A stretch of 64,000 bases of DNA from Eledone cirrhosa (GCA_964016885.1 OZ024740.1:309876001-309940000), one strand, 5' to 3'; positions 12,611-25,346 are shown, counted from the first letter of the stretch. Numbers and translations: made by a program. The notes: generated by a model from the letters alone, not told the origin.

Positions 12611-14489
12611 TTGTTTGTGTCTAGATATATCGTTGGCAGACACATGTGATGTAATATCAGATATCACTGTGTTTGTGGGGTTTACTTTAATTCCAGAATT
12701 TTCATTTATGTGTGATGTGTTAATTTTCATTGGCGTGGTGCCGTCCCCTAGGGTATAGTATTTAGGGTGCGATCTTTTGTCCCTATATTTCGGTGCCCAT
12801 TTGTTTATTTAATCCAGCTCGTTATGTTCAGGACTATGGGGTTTCAGACAGATGTTTTTACTTCTCACAGTTCGTGCCACGAGTTTAGTTTTTACACTTC
12901 CGTTATAGAGTTGTGGTTCACACGATGTGTCTCCTGTTCTTTGTACTCTACTTGAATTTCTATTAGCGTTAGTCCTTGTGGGTTGATGTGTTCACCTCTA
13001 GTATCCATTCTATTGATATTTGTCCTAGTCCTTTTATTATTGGTTTATCTTCTAGTCTATTGTAATCCATACAAATTAATTATAACCCTGGGGTTTTAAT
13101 TAATTTTATCTTTATGTGCTGCTATATTTAAAGCTGCATTATACATATCTTGATTTGCAGAAACGCTGGAGATTCTGTCGGAGACGCTCCTGACTATGAC
13201 CTTCACCGAGTGTTAACCTAGGTTAGGATTTCATAGGTTTTATGGAGTTGGTAGTAAATTTCTTTCACTAGGTTCTAATCATTCGACTTGATCATTTGCT
13301 TAAAGTCAGGTGCCTTGAGACCTGAAAATACGCAGCCGTTTTAATCTAACGAGTAGACTTTCATGTGGTTGCACCACCAGATTTTATCCGTCGTGATTGA
13401 CGGAAATTTCACTATAGGTCTAGTAACTAAAATATGTAATACATTGACCAGAATATTTATCATAAGCCTTTGAACGGTGAAATTGGTTCTATGTGCAAAT
13501 GTCCAGTGTGCAAATAAGAGCGTGGTAATATGTATGAAAATATCCACCTATAAAAGCACTGTTATGACAATCTTTACACAATAAATCATAGTTCTCACAC
13601 TTTTTATGCAATTCGGTTAAATCAATATCTATACAAACAAGCCATCAATCTTAAACATTTCTCGCTATCAATTTCATCAAATACGTTTGTACAATATATA
13701 GTAATATCTTCGTTTTAATTCCTCTCATAAACTGGATAATCTGAGCAACATTCTTAAAATGATGTTTATGACAGGATCTATTCATTAAGACGAGGTTTCA
13801 TTATTTGATTGTGTTCAGTAAACTAAAAGCCACGTTCTGTTCCTGAAGAAATATTTCTCATGACGTTTCTGAAAGAAACGTATCAGATATTGAGTAATGA
13901 TATCATTACCCTCAATGAACAATATTTCATTATATGGTACTCTATTACATGTTCGTAGCATGATGGCAATACATTGGTTTCTGGGGAGAAAATAGGCTAT
14001 AAATCCTTTCACCTTAACATCATCATTAAGGAATCGATATATTGATTTCATTCTAAATTACCATGAGCTTGATGGACGAATTTGTATTTCTGAAGCGTAA
14101 CTAATGTTTAAATATAATTAACTGCTACAGCTTGTACGTTTCATTTTAAATTTGCGCCCAATATGATATGCCGAACACATGATGCAAGAGTAATTAATAA
14201 ATTTGATGATGCTTCATTTCAGAAAATACATTCTTTAAATTGCTTCCATTTAACCACTAAATAACATTCAAAATAATATCTTCCCCGTGTTTTATGTTCT
14301 GAAGATATATCGCTTGGAAAGCAAATAGCATTATATTAAAATACTCAAACCCAAAACTAGAGACAAAAGCTTCATTACTATAGAACACAGATGTGTCTAC
14401 CTTATCAAATATACAATAGTTATAAAACGCTTTGATGACATAGCAAACTAAGATTTTAACAGTATTTAAAGTGGTGAATTATATGTTGT

Positions 14490-14800
14490 CTCCCTTTTTA
14501 AAATTTGGATTATCACCCCTGATCGCCATTGCATAGGTGCCTGTGCAGAGATTTAGGCCACCCGGCACACACGAATCAGCCAGGAAATGCCTTCTATATT
14601 TAAGGTTTTTAACATCTCGGACCGAATTTCAACGTCCCCAGCGGCTTTTCCAGATTTCAGCTATTTAACTGTTCAGGTCACCTCAGACTCTGAGAGATTA
14701 GTCACCACTCCCAGATGCACCTTGTGCACATCAGAAGATGCTGGTGTGCTGGTGTGATAAATTAGCAAATTATTCTCCCCGCCTCGCGTGGATGCACCTC
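14490..14800 (-). mobile_element. RTE-clade LINE, 5'-inverted RT segment
   Basis: Minus-strand translation LSESEVT*TVK*LKSGKAAGDVEIRSEMLKTL..WLIRVCRVA*..WRSGVII matches RT subdomains 0-1. Confidence 0.7.
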
Positions 14801-14835
14801 TCTTAAGAGAGGAGAGCCACAGACGTGTTCTTAAT

Positions 14836-15958
14836 AGCAGGTATGGAATAGGACTTCTTGTTACGAAGTCGGTGGATGATCTGCCAGAACACTTTATTTG
14901 CTGATCTGAAATCACATCACCTGTTCATTATTTACATGAACAAGATTGACAGGCGCAGCCGGGCTGGAAATAGCATTATGACTGGCGGGTGTAAAATCAG
15001 TTGGCTGGAATTTGTAGACGACATGATGCTACTTAACTCGACAGAAGGTGATCTCCGACTGGCATTTGATAGGTTTGATGCCAAGTGCTGCATGGCTAGA
15101 ATGAAAATCAGTACTGCGAAAGCAGAGACATTTGTCCTTTCAAGGAAGCCTGCACAGTGCACTCTACATGTGAATGGAGTTTCATTGAAGCAGGTGGAGA
15201 CGTTCAAATGTGTCGTGGCCGTGTTGACGAGTGATAGAAGGCAGGAAGCTGAATTAAGTGGAAGAATTGCAGGAGCAGGTGCAGTAATGCCCCAACTTCA
15301 GTATTCAGTAATCAGAAGAAGAGTGTAGGCGTAAACGCCAAAGCTGCTATCGTTAATTCGGTATTCGTGCCAACCCTTACCTGGAGTGCCTCTCTAAACT
15401 CCGGAGCTATGCACTCTGTCGAATAACGTTACACCAACGTGGAGGAACCCTATTTCGGCTGTTTATATTCGCGAACGTATTCTTTGGGTCATGGATCTAG
15501 GGTTATGACCCAAAGAATACGATCGCGAATATAAACGGCCGAAATAGGGTTCCTCCTCGTTGGTGTAACGTTACTCGACAGAGTGCATAGCTCCGGAGAT
15601 CAGAGAGGTACTCCAGGTAGAGCCGCTACCTTTTCGAATTGCGAGGTCCTAGCTCCGATAATATGAGCCTATGTTTACAATGCCTGAGAACAGAATCGTA
15701 GGCGACCCAGAAGCAGACCCGAGGAAGTTGATGGGATAATCCCCTTGAGACTGATTGGTCTCTCATGGGGATCCAGCCTGATCAGTTGGAGACGGTTGCT
15801 TCTGACAGAACCCGCTAGAAGGTGAGTTTGAGGACTCTGCTCCCATGACCATCGCAGGAATAATCGGGGGAGGAGAAAGAAGAAGAAGAAGAAGAAGAAG
15901 AAGAAGAAGAAGAAGAAGAAGAAGAAGAAGAAGAAGAAGAAGAAGAAGAAGAAGAAGA
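14836..15958 (+). mobile_element. RTE-clade LINE 3' portion with (GAA)n tail
   Basis: LFIIYMNKI..LEFVDDMMLL..MKISTAKAE..LKQVETFK (RT5-7), VFVPTLT, RPRGS near the C-terminus; short-tandem-repeat tail 15878-15958. Confidence 0.8.
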
Positions 15959-16630
15959 TTTTTGCATTGTATTGATGAATTCGCTAAATATACCCTTTAG
16001 CTTGACTGGTTGGTAGATCAATACAGAACCACTCTGTTACCAATAGATTACTACTTTGGAAACATTACATGTGTTCTATATTTCTCTATTTAAAAGTGTG
16101 TACTACGACAGAATCTGTCATAAGATTTCAATATCTGTTTCTAAGCCATAGTACATAATTCTGGTGTAGAATGAAAAACAGATGACCACCATAACACAGA
16201 CATTGGACGCATATTTTTCTCCCCATCCTTCCCCGTTTCTGACATGTTCGAAATTTCGTATTCTTCCCTTCAATTTTTCCTATAGAGTAAAAACAATTTA
16301 TGAGTAGAGAAACTATTAAAATGATGCACGTTTTAATTACAGAAGTCATTTTAATTTTTGTTTTCAATATAATGTGATAAACTTCAAAGAGAGCTATTTT
16401 TTCTCTTGAAAATAAAGTGAGGATTATTTCTCAGCAACTCAAAGTAGAAAATAAATGAAGAGTGAAGAGAACATAGCAGTCATCTGTTCACCTCTCACCT
16501 CCATCATTCCTTCTTTCTGCTACGTTCGATAATCCGTAGTTCTTCGTTTTCAATCTTCCAGGAGAGCAAACCATAAACGCCTTCTGAAATATTCTATTTT
16601 CATCTCCGTCTTCCCATCACTTCTCGCTAG

Positions 16631-16749
16631 GTGAACGTATGGTTGGCACGCAGAAGGTTTGTAGTAGTTACTACAATCCTAACGAAAGTGGGATGTATGT
16701 CACGCCTGAAGTGGTGTTAGAATATGTTACGAGAGCTGCAACACAGAAG
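16631..16749 (+). CDS. Candidate internal exon of an unidentified host gene
   Basis: Pyrimidine tract plus ctag acceptor, AAG|gtaaag donor, 119 nt open: (G)ERMVGTQKVCSSYYNPNESGMYVTPEVVLEYVTRAATQK. Homology not recognised. Confidence 0.4.
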
Positions 16750-17081
16750 GTAAAGTAGACATAAACGAAATTAAATTTTATGTAATGCATAATGTTTCAT
16801 TACAAGTTTTTTATGGTATTTTCTCAAGTATTTCCCCATATTCCAATGTCTAAACGAACATGGCACTAGCTATTGAGAGTATATTATATGACAAATAGAT
16901 AAGCACTCTTGTTTAAAGAGCACATTGAAATTACAATTACGGAACGAAGATTCACTTAACGTACATTTGTACAAGTTCTGCCAGCAGCAGTAAATTTTAC
17001 TGAATGGCTCCTTCTTTTCCGTCTATGCCATTGAATCTTTAAATGAAATAACACATTCATACACACACACACATCACATGC

Positions 17082-17136
<55 letters not shown>

Positions 17137-17183
17137 TATATATATATATCATCATATCATATATATATATGCGTATATATATA

Positions 17184-17385
17184 TCATCATAATCCTCATC
17201 ATCATTTTACGTCTGCTTTTCCCTGCTTGCAAGTGTGGGACGGGTTCTATTCAGCACAGCATCTCTCCACTTGTCACGGTCCTTCGTCATCTCATCCGTG
17301 AGCTTCAGCGCCTCTCACCACCTCCGCCTATGTTTTTTATGGTCTTCCTCTACTACGTCTTCCTTCTACTGGAATTTCTTGGCAC
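17184..17385 (-). mobile_element. RTE-clade LINE 3'-end remnant with (GAT)n tail
   Basis: Minus strand EALKLTDEMTKDRDKWRDAV resembles the RTE C-terminal DRxxWR motif. Confidence 0.6.
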
Positions 17386-17824
17386 TTCTTTATATAACAT
17401 ATATACAACCTATTATATTAAGACACATTTAATTTGTAATAAATGAAGAATATTGTGGAATATAAAATTGAATATGGAGACCACTAATAAATGATTTAAT
17501 GAGAAAAATAAATTACTTATATAGAAGCTAAAGGAAGTATTACTATTGAAAACACACAATCGACACAAATATAAATCAAACATGTTATAGTACTACAGAA
17601 AAAATATCTTCTTGTTAAATTATAACCACAAATTGTGTTACAAAGAGGCAGAGATGTATACAAAACTGCTAATAGAAAACGATTATAGTCCAAATGTCAT
17701 ACTTAAACAACAACAGAACATCCCCAATATATATATATATATATGTCTTATTAGCACCCCCACTCCTCACTGATTGACCTCGATGTCACGTGATTGATTC
17801 TTTTGAATTCGCCACCGACTAAGT

Positions 17825-18080
17825 AGGCAGTGATTTTTTCAATGTCCTGGAATTTAGTCCTCGCTTGCTTTTTTCCATCCACTGAATTATTTTTGTATAA
17901 GTTCCCTGTGTCCACGCATAGCCTGGGAACTTAGCTGAGAACAGATCTCCCTGATGACGAAAGGATATTTCTCCATGTTGTTCCAATCGGAAACCATGTT
18001 TATTCCCTTTCAGAAACTAATTAGTCGGAGTGAAATTTTAGTAAGTAAGTAAATTTTTATAATTTTCTTATTTTACGTCT
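17825..18080 (+). repeat. Non-coding HHR-bearing repeat, copy 1 (paralogue at 29376-29625)
   Basis: Colinear similarity between the two loci; both flanked by TA-rich tracts. Confidence 0.75.
17947..18030 (+). ncRNA. Type I hammerhead ribozyme motif
   Basis: ctcc-CTGATGA-cgaaagg..cctttca-GAAA-ctaattag-TC-ggag. GUC triplet, palindromic stem III. Confidence 0.8.
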
Positions 18081-18215
18081 TCCATATAATTGTTCTGCAT
18101 CCCCTTGCATAGAACCACAAAGTTACTAAGACAAAACCTATATATTTGCTAGCATAGGTATACATCTGTATATATATATGTTGGTAGATGTACTAATTCT
18201 TAATATATATATATA

Positions 18216-18294
<79 letters not shown>

Positions 18295-19686
18295 AATATA
18301 GTGTATACTAAGAGGCATTATGTTCCTGCATCTTTGTTTTCCTCCATGTGATATATGGTGTTAAAAGCCAATAAAGGTGTAATGTGGTATCAGATGTTTG
18401 CGGTTTTCAGTTATATACCATTAATTCTGCGTTCAAAGACCAATGCTCGATAGTTTTTTTATATCGTTATGTGAACCGTAGTATGGATAACATGTAGTAA
18501 TACAATTGAAACGCTAGCTTCAATTTCCTCTTAAAATGCGTGGCTTCTGTACTTTTCAAACTTATAGGCTTAATATGCCATCAACCCTACCATATCTTTC
18601 CTATTATCTTTTTAGTTTAATCTCTCATTTGATCGTCCAGCGCCTATAGGTGAATTGCTTTATCTAATTTTACCATTCTTTGTTGATATCTGCCACACTA
18701 TTAAACCATTTTAAAATTGTAATGATTATTTCCATTATGTATCATGCCTGGCTTAAATAAATATTTTAAACCCGTTACATAATTTACTGCACTTATATAC
18801 ATTATTTATTTCGTCGCCATCTCTTTCTTTAATTCTATAAATATACTTCTCTTGTTGGCAAGTTAATGTCGAAAGGTGAGCCCTGTCCTATGAGAATTAC
18901 ACACCGTATTGGTGCACTAACCACGCTGCTGAGAAAGCTCTCTTGGGGATAACATCACAATGATAATAAACATATACACATGACTATATATAGATTTATT
19001 CATGTTAATTTCTCGTGAATTCCCTTATATGAATTAAGCAACAATCTTGGACATTTAAGCTAAGCTTGAGCTATCAATGTGTTTTTATTAATACTTATGA
19101 TTCAGAGGGTTGTATATTGACAGTATCTATTTATGATCATTCATATTTTGAGTTCTAATCCAGCCAAGCTCAACTTTACTTTTCATCTTTCCGAGTACCA
19201 TTCATATTATTGGAGTCGACGTAATCGGCGTTTCATCTCCCCGAACCCAAGTAGTGACATGGTGCCGCAATTATATACCAATATTTGTGATTCTGTTAAG
19301 CATAAAGTCAATAGTATTCGTTTAAAATATGCGTTATTAAACAAGAGAATCTTAATATTTCTGATTTCTCAGCTTAGAAACATATAACAAGAGGGACAAT
19401 ATAATAGTTACCAGATAAAAAAATGGCACAATATTAGACATAGTATAGGTCGATAGAAAAGTGTAATCTTCGAATAAAGCTCAGGCAGTTTATAGCAAAG
19501 TATATATTGATCACCTATTGATCAACCTGTCGAAATATTTTATTTCTTTTCGTTTGATCTGAAACTTTTCGGATAGTATGTGTCAGTTAATATATTATTA
19601 AATAATCAACATAACATTGGACACAGTGTTTTAGGAAAGGCCTAGAAACATACTTTTTCTAAGAAACGCACAGGATCATATGTATG

Positions 19687-19736
<50 letters not shown>

Positions 19737-19807
19737 ACACCCCGGGAGGGTCATGCTGCCAATAAGAAACACACGCACCAGTTGCTTTCACTTCAATTTA
19801 TTATATA

Positions 19808-21166
19808 CTAGCAGTAAAGCCCGGCGTTGCTCGGGGTCGCTCAGTAGCTGTGTTAAAGTTACAATGTTAAGTTTCTTTTTTGGCTTAAAAACTGTAGTGT
19901 CTACTGTGCAGACTTGCATGTGGTGTTTTTGATTAATATTCCCTCAACCAACAATATGCCCTATGAAGTTAAGAAAACATAACGATAACCCGAATTTAAG
20001 TAAATTCAGCCTTATAAGACCGTAAAATTAATTTAAACGTTTAATAGGGAAAGTTTGCTAACCGTCGTAATAAAAAAATAAATATCAATAACTTACGAAG
20101 TAATGAACTCGCCGAACTTTTAAAGCGTTGTAGCATACAAAGGCAGTACAGTGCAAATGAAGCTATTAAACAAACTGGAGATTCCAATTCACTCTACTAA
20201 AGATTTACTTAATCGTCTGCACATTCGCTATTCGTCTGCTCATTCCATAAAAGGGAAATAATCGCCTATATCACCTCTCTGCATGACTGTCTGTCTGCAC
20301 GCCTATATCACCTCTCTGCATGACTGTCTGTCTGCACGCCTATATCACCTCTCTGCACGACTATCTGTCTGCACGCGTATATCACCTCTCTGCACGACTG
20401 TCTGTCTGCACGACTGTCTGTCTGCACGACTGTCTGTCTGCACGACTGTCTGTCTGCACGACTGTCTGTCTGCACGACTGTCTGTCTGCACGACTGTCTG
20501 TCTGCACGCCTAACGAAATTTACAGATACATATATTTTAAATAAACTTATATAATTTTTTCTTTTTTTTACGAAATATTTGCTTGTTTTACGTAGTCTTT
20601 AAATAGACTTGTTTTCAAGTAAAAATATTGTTTTAAAAGGCTTTTAAATGGAAATGAAGCAAAACGGAAGCTTAGTGTTCGAACTGATGAATTTTGCAGG
20701 TCAAAATTTTGCTGGCTCGACAACTGTTCGTGTATTGTGTTAATGTCATTTTAAACGCTGAGAAAGCCAGCCTAAATTTTTTAATTTTTGCCAGCGTAAT
20801 TTTTTTAATTTTTGCACGCAGAAAATGTAAACAGAACGTAAGACGCTACGCTGAATGTAAACAGAACAAAGGGAAATGATTTTTTTAATTTTTGCACGCA
20901 GAAAATGTAAAGAGAACGTAAGACGCTACGCTGAATGTAAACAGAACAAAGGGAAATAACTGATCACTTACGCTCAAAAATCGATACATTATATTCGATT
21001 TCGTCAGATAGGGCGGGTCAATTTGAAATATTTTTTTTCCGATGTCTTCGCTAGGGCTCAATGTACAAGTATAGCAATTTCGGTGCAATTCCGTGAGAGA
21101 TTCTAAGAGGAGATGTGTGCCAAAAATCGATAGACAGACAGACAACCTCAGTTTTATATATATAGA
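19808..21166 (-). mobile_element. Non-autonomous Helitron
   Basis: Minus strand starts TC and ends CTAG with a subterminal GC hairpin (cccgagcaacgccggg). Inserted between A and T with no TSD, as shown by the empty site in the other pseudo-LTR arm. Confidence 0.88.
20263..20510. repeat. Minisatellite (16-bp GACTGTCTGTCTGCAC unit) inside the Helitron
   Basis: Read directly. An ~80-bp direct duplication also lies at 20797-20957. Confidence 0.9.
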
Positions 21167-21245
21167 TTTATAAATTTATAAATTTACAAATCTACAAACT
21201 TATAAATTTCTGGTTGGTTCCACAACCAGATAGTTGTTTATATAT

Positions 21246-21290
21246 AGTCATAGTCCTTTCGTCACACACTCTGTGACCTCTTCAGTGACT
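21246..21290 (-). ncRNA. Minimal hammerhead in the inverted PLE pseudo-LTR
   Basis: agtca-CTGAAGA-g-gtcac(agagtgt)gtgac-GAAA-ggac-TA-tgact. Confidence 0.75.
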
Positions 21291-21752
21291 GGGGATTCCT
21301 TTCTTTGTTTCTGTGCCTTTCCTTTCTTCTGTCCTACGCCATTTTGTTTCTGTGTGTGTGTTGTGTGCTCAGTTTGCGCATGCGCCACATCCGGGTGTCT
21401 GTGTGTGTTTGTGTTCATTTATCTATTTGTTTATTTATTTATTGTTGGTTGGTTGTTTGTTCTATGTATGTGTGTGTTTTCATTTTGTCCTTAATTGTAA
21501 GTTGTGATGTTGCTGTTCCACTCATATTTTCTATTTAATTTTGGTTGTAATTCTTTTATGCTTACTGCTTCTGTAATTTGCCTAAACATTGCATCTTTTC
21601 TGTGTGTGGATTCTATTTTTATTTCTATGTTCTCTAATTTACCCCTGTGTTCTATCTTAGCATGTTGGTAGAGCACAGGTGATTCTTTATTATCTTGAAG
21701 GTCTCGCCAGTGTTCGTTTATTCGTTCCCCTATACTACGAGCTGTCTCACCT

Positions 21753-24135
21753 GGAACTCTCCGTTTTATAATCCCTCCGATAAATCATTCGACCTGCGAC
21801 GAGTCCACGCCACGACTTTACCATTTAACAAACGCACGCAGTTGCCGTCGCAGGTCGATGAACAAACAGAAGCACAATTTAGTATAGCTAAATCCGAACT
21901 TAGAAATATTATAGAACAGTATAGCAAGAAGCATAATAGAATAGAGGCCCAGCAACTAGGAGAAAAATCTGCAAATGGCTTGCGTAAGTTCATGCAGCGC
22001 TCATGTAATGGAGAGATAGCATGCTTTCCAACAGACAAGTCTGGCAGAATGTCGGTTGACAGCCTGCCAAACTACATCCAGGCAATGCAACCCCACATCA
22101 CTAACACAAGAGAGGTAACACCACAGGAGCATGAGGATAGAGAAAAAGCCCTCAATGCCCATATGGTGATGTGGACGAATATAATGCAGCCCAACAAAAG
22201 GACTGCCAACAACTTCCAAGCCTGGAACAATGACGTGCCGGCGTTGTATGGACTTCGAAAAGACCATAAAACGGGCTGTGACCCTGTCGCGGGACCACCA
22301 ACACGGCCAGTCTGTGGAGCTAACATTGCTAGTAACTACAGACTGTCCTACTTCCTCTCCCTGATCATACGCCCCATCATTGAGATGTCCCCAGATGTAT
22401 GTGACAGCACGGAGGACCTCCTCAGCAGAATCGGCGCGAGTAACCGATCTGGGGACCTAACAAACTGCATAATAGGCAGTATGGATGTTGTGTCCCTGTA
22501 TCCATCTATTGACGTGGATTTTGCTGTGGAGAAATGCGGAGAAATGATCAGCGAGAGCAAGGTTGAGTTCCGTGGGATTGATACCAGTGAGCTGGGACTT
22601 CTACTTAAGCTTACCCATAGTAATAGTTACCTAGACACTTATGACCTTAGCAACCTGTGTCCTACAAGACCAGCAAGAGGCAGGCCACCTACCATTACCT
22701 CAATGGCCAAGAAAACCCACACAGATAGATGGAACGGGTGGACCAGAGCCATACGGATACCCGAAAACCACGATGAACTGAAGAAAATGATTGCACATGC
22801 GGTAGGGGCCAGCATAAAATTAACCCTTAAGGAACATATGTTCAAATTTAATGGTAAAACATATGCCCAAGAGGAAGGAGCAGCCATTGGTGTTAGCATT
22901 GCAGGCGACATAGCTAACTTATTCATGGTATGGTGGGACAGTAGACTTAAACAAAAACTTAAAGAACAATTAGAAGACAGCTTAACCCTGATAATGTACT
23001 CCCGCTACGTAGATGATATAAACATCGTAGTTAAGACACCCCCACTAAAAACAGTCAGGAACTAGAGAAAAACACAATGGAAAGCATCCAGCAAATAGCA
23101 AACTCCATCCACCAGAGCATTAGAGTTACTATAGACTACCCAAGTAGACACCCCAACCAGCGATTACCTGTACTAGACACAGAGCTCTAGTTAGATACCA
23201 TTAACAACCAAAAACAAATCCTCCATTCCCATTATGCCAAAACCATGACTTCCAAACATCTGATTCACCGAAACTCGCCCATTTCGGACCATACCAAAAT
23301 CAACATACTGATTGTGGATTTGGTACGGGTGATGAGAAATGTGTCCCGCATGTGCAACCCCGAAGAACTAGAGAGACACATACAACACTTCATCCACCGT
23401 ATGCAGTTCTCTGGCTACAATCAGAGAGATAGAATCAGAGTGTATAGAGGAGCCAGAACCAAATGGGAAAAAATGGTAAATAATGACATAAATGGGACCT
23501 GCCCCTTGTATAGGAGCAAATTTTGGAATAGAATAGAAAGAACTAGGAACAAGGCCAATAGAATAAACTCATGGTATGATAGCAATAAATACCAGAGTGT
23601 AATGTTCATCAATACAACCCCTAGAGGCGAACTAGCCTACAAATTTAGAAGGGCCCTAAATAAACATAAACTCAATATTAAGATAGTAGAAAGACCAGGT
23701 ACCTCCGTAAAAACACTTATTAGCAAGACATACCCGTTCCAAAGACCCTCATGTATAGATGAGAAATGGATAACCTGTAAAATAAGCTCCCATATTAACT
23801 GTAAAACTAGAAATGTAGTGTATAGCATAAGATGTACTGAAGGACAATGTAGAAACAAAAATATAGTGTACATAGGTGAGACAGCTCGTAGTATAGGGGA
23901 ACGAATAAATGAACACTGGCGAGACCTTCAAGATAATAAAGAATCATCTGTGCTCTACCAACATGCTAAGATAAAACACAGGGGTAAATTAGAGAACATA
24001 GAAATAAAAATAGAATCCACACACAGAAAAGATGCAATGTTTAGGCAAATTACAGAGGCAGTAAGCATAAAAGAATTACAACCAAAATTAAATAGAAAAT
24101 ATGAGTGGAACAGCAACATCACAACTTACAATTAA
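21753..24135 (+). pseudogene. PLE reverse transcriptase plus C-terminal GIY-YIG endonuclease
   Basis: PTDKSG, LYGLRKDHK, RPV, SMDVVSLYPSI, QEEGAAIG, RYVDD, LPVLD; VVY..YIGETARSIGERINEH. Frameshift near 23065, stop at 23188. Confidence 0.92.
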
Positions 24136-24343
24136 GGACAAAATGAAAACACACACACACATAGAACAAACAACCAACCAACAATAAATAAATAAATAAA
24201 TAAACAAATAGATAAATGAACACAAACACACACAGACACCCGGATGTGGCGCATGCGCAAACTGAGCACACAACACACACACAGAAACAAAATGGCGTAG
24301 GATAGAAGAAAGGAAAGGCACAGAAACAAAGAAAGGAATCCCC

Positions 24344-24388
24344 AGTCCCTGAAGAGGTCACAGAGTGTGTGACGAAAGGACTATGACT
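24344..24388 (+). ncRNA. Minimal hammerhead in the PLE 3' pseudo-LTR
   Basis: Same motif as 21246-21290, with one stem I mismatch next to the core. Confidence 0.7.
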
Positions 24389-25017
24389 ATATATAAACAA
24401 CTATCTGGTTGTGGAACCAACCAACCAACCAGAAATTTATAAGTTTGTAGATTTGTAAATTTATAAATTTATAAATATATAATAAATTGAAGTGAAAGCA
24501 ACTGGTGCGTGTGTTTCTTATTGGCAGCATGACCCTCCCGGGTGTAACAATATCGGTTTCAACACACGATTTCAGATAAAGAATCTTGCTAAACAAATTC
24601 AGAAACGAAATATATATATATATATATATGAAATATATGAAATATATGAAATATAAGAATCAAAGAACTGTTCAAAACATTATTCAGATCTACCAACCTA
24701 ACACTCTTATTTACCTACCTAAATGCCTCTACCACACATATCTCTCTGCCACACTATATAAACAAGACGCACATGCGTGCCACACATATAACATTTGCAA
24801 TATATAACCACTTATCTTCATGTTGTACTTTAACCTATATCTTTGATTTTTGATTGTACCTATTAATATAAATGTAATCTCGAAGTGTGTACTGCCACTC
24901 TAAATTCTGTAATGAATGTTGACCCACAATGTTTGAATATGTATCAATGTTTGAATATGTATTGGTATGTCTCTCGGCTGAAAAGGAGGTCATATAACTG
25001 TCCATGCATTAATAAAT

Positions 25018-25064
25018 TGCTCCGAAGAATCCAAACCTCGGTTTGGAGGAAACAGCTGTAAGCA
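25018..25064 (+). ncRNA. Minimal hammerhead motif (CCGA variant)
   Basis: tgct-CCGAAGA-atccaaacc(tc)ggtttggag-GAAA-cagctg-TA-agca. Palindromic stem III. Confidence 0.65.
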
Positions 25065-25286
25065 CAATAATGTTTTGAACAGTTCTTTGATTCTTATATT
25101 TCATATAACTGCTCTGTAAATCATCTGATGTTTTTACATTGAGCTACTTAACTTACTGGTAATAAGGTAGTAATACATTACTGCCTACCACTATTTAGGG
25201 TGTGTGTAAAATACTTACAACTGCTTAAGGTTTTGTGTTTACATAACCATAAATAGTATAACTAATACTATATATATATATATATA

Positions 25287-25346
25287 TTTCATTTACCAGT
25301 GGTTTCTTGAAAGCAACCAAAATTGCTTTCATTCATTAGAATGAAA
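25287..25346 (-). ncRNA. Hammerhead motif with mutated core (CTAATGA)
   Basis: Paralogue of 33932-33991; perfect 7-bp stem I tttcatt/aatgaaa. Confidence 0.6.

Larger units (their letters stand above)
19730..24553 (+). mobile_element. Penelope-like element, 5'-truncated, with upstream inverted pseudo-LTR
   Basis: 19730-19807 plus 21167-21752 is the reverse complement of 23874-24553; RT-GIY-YIG ORF between the arms. Confidence 0.9.

Noticed and set aside
19730-19807. Terminal inverted repeat of a cut-and-paste DNA transposon
   Set aside because: Once the Helitron is removed it is continuous with the longer PLE inverted arm; no transposase is present.
20263-20510. CRISPR-like array
   Set aside because: Tandem minisatellite without unique spacers, in eukaryotic DNA.
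23063-23190. Selenocysteine recoding as in Naiad PLEs
   Set aside because: The interruptions are TAG stops and a frameshift, not TGA, and the endonuclease is C-terminal.
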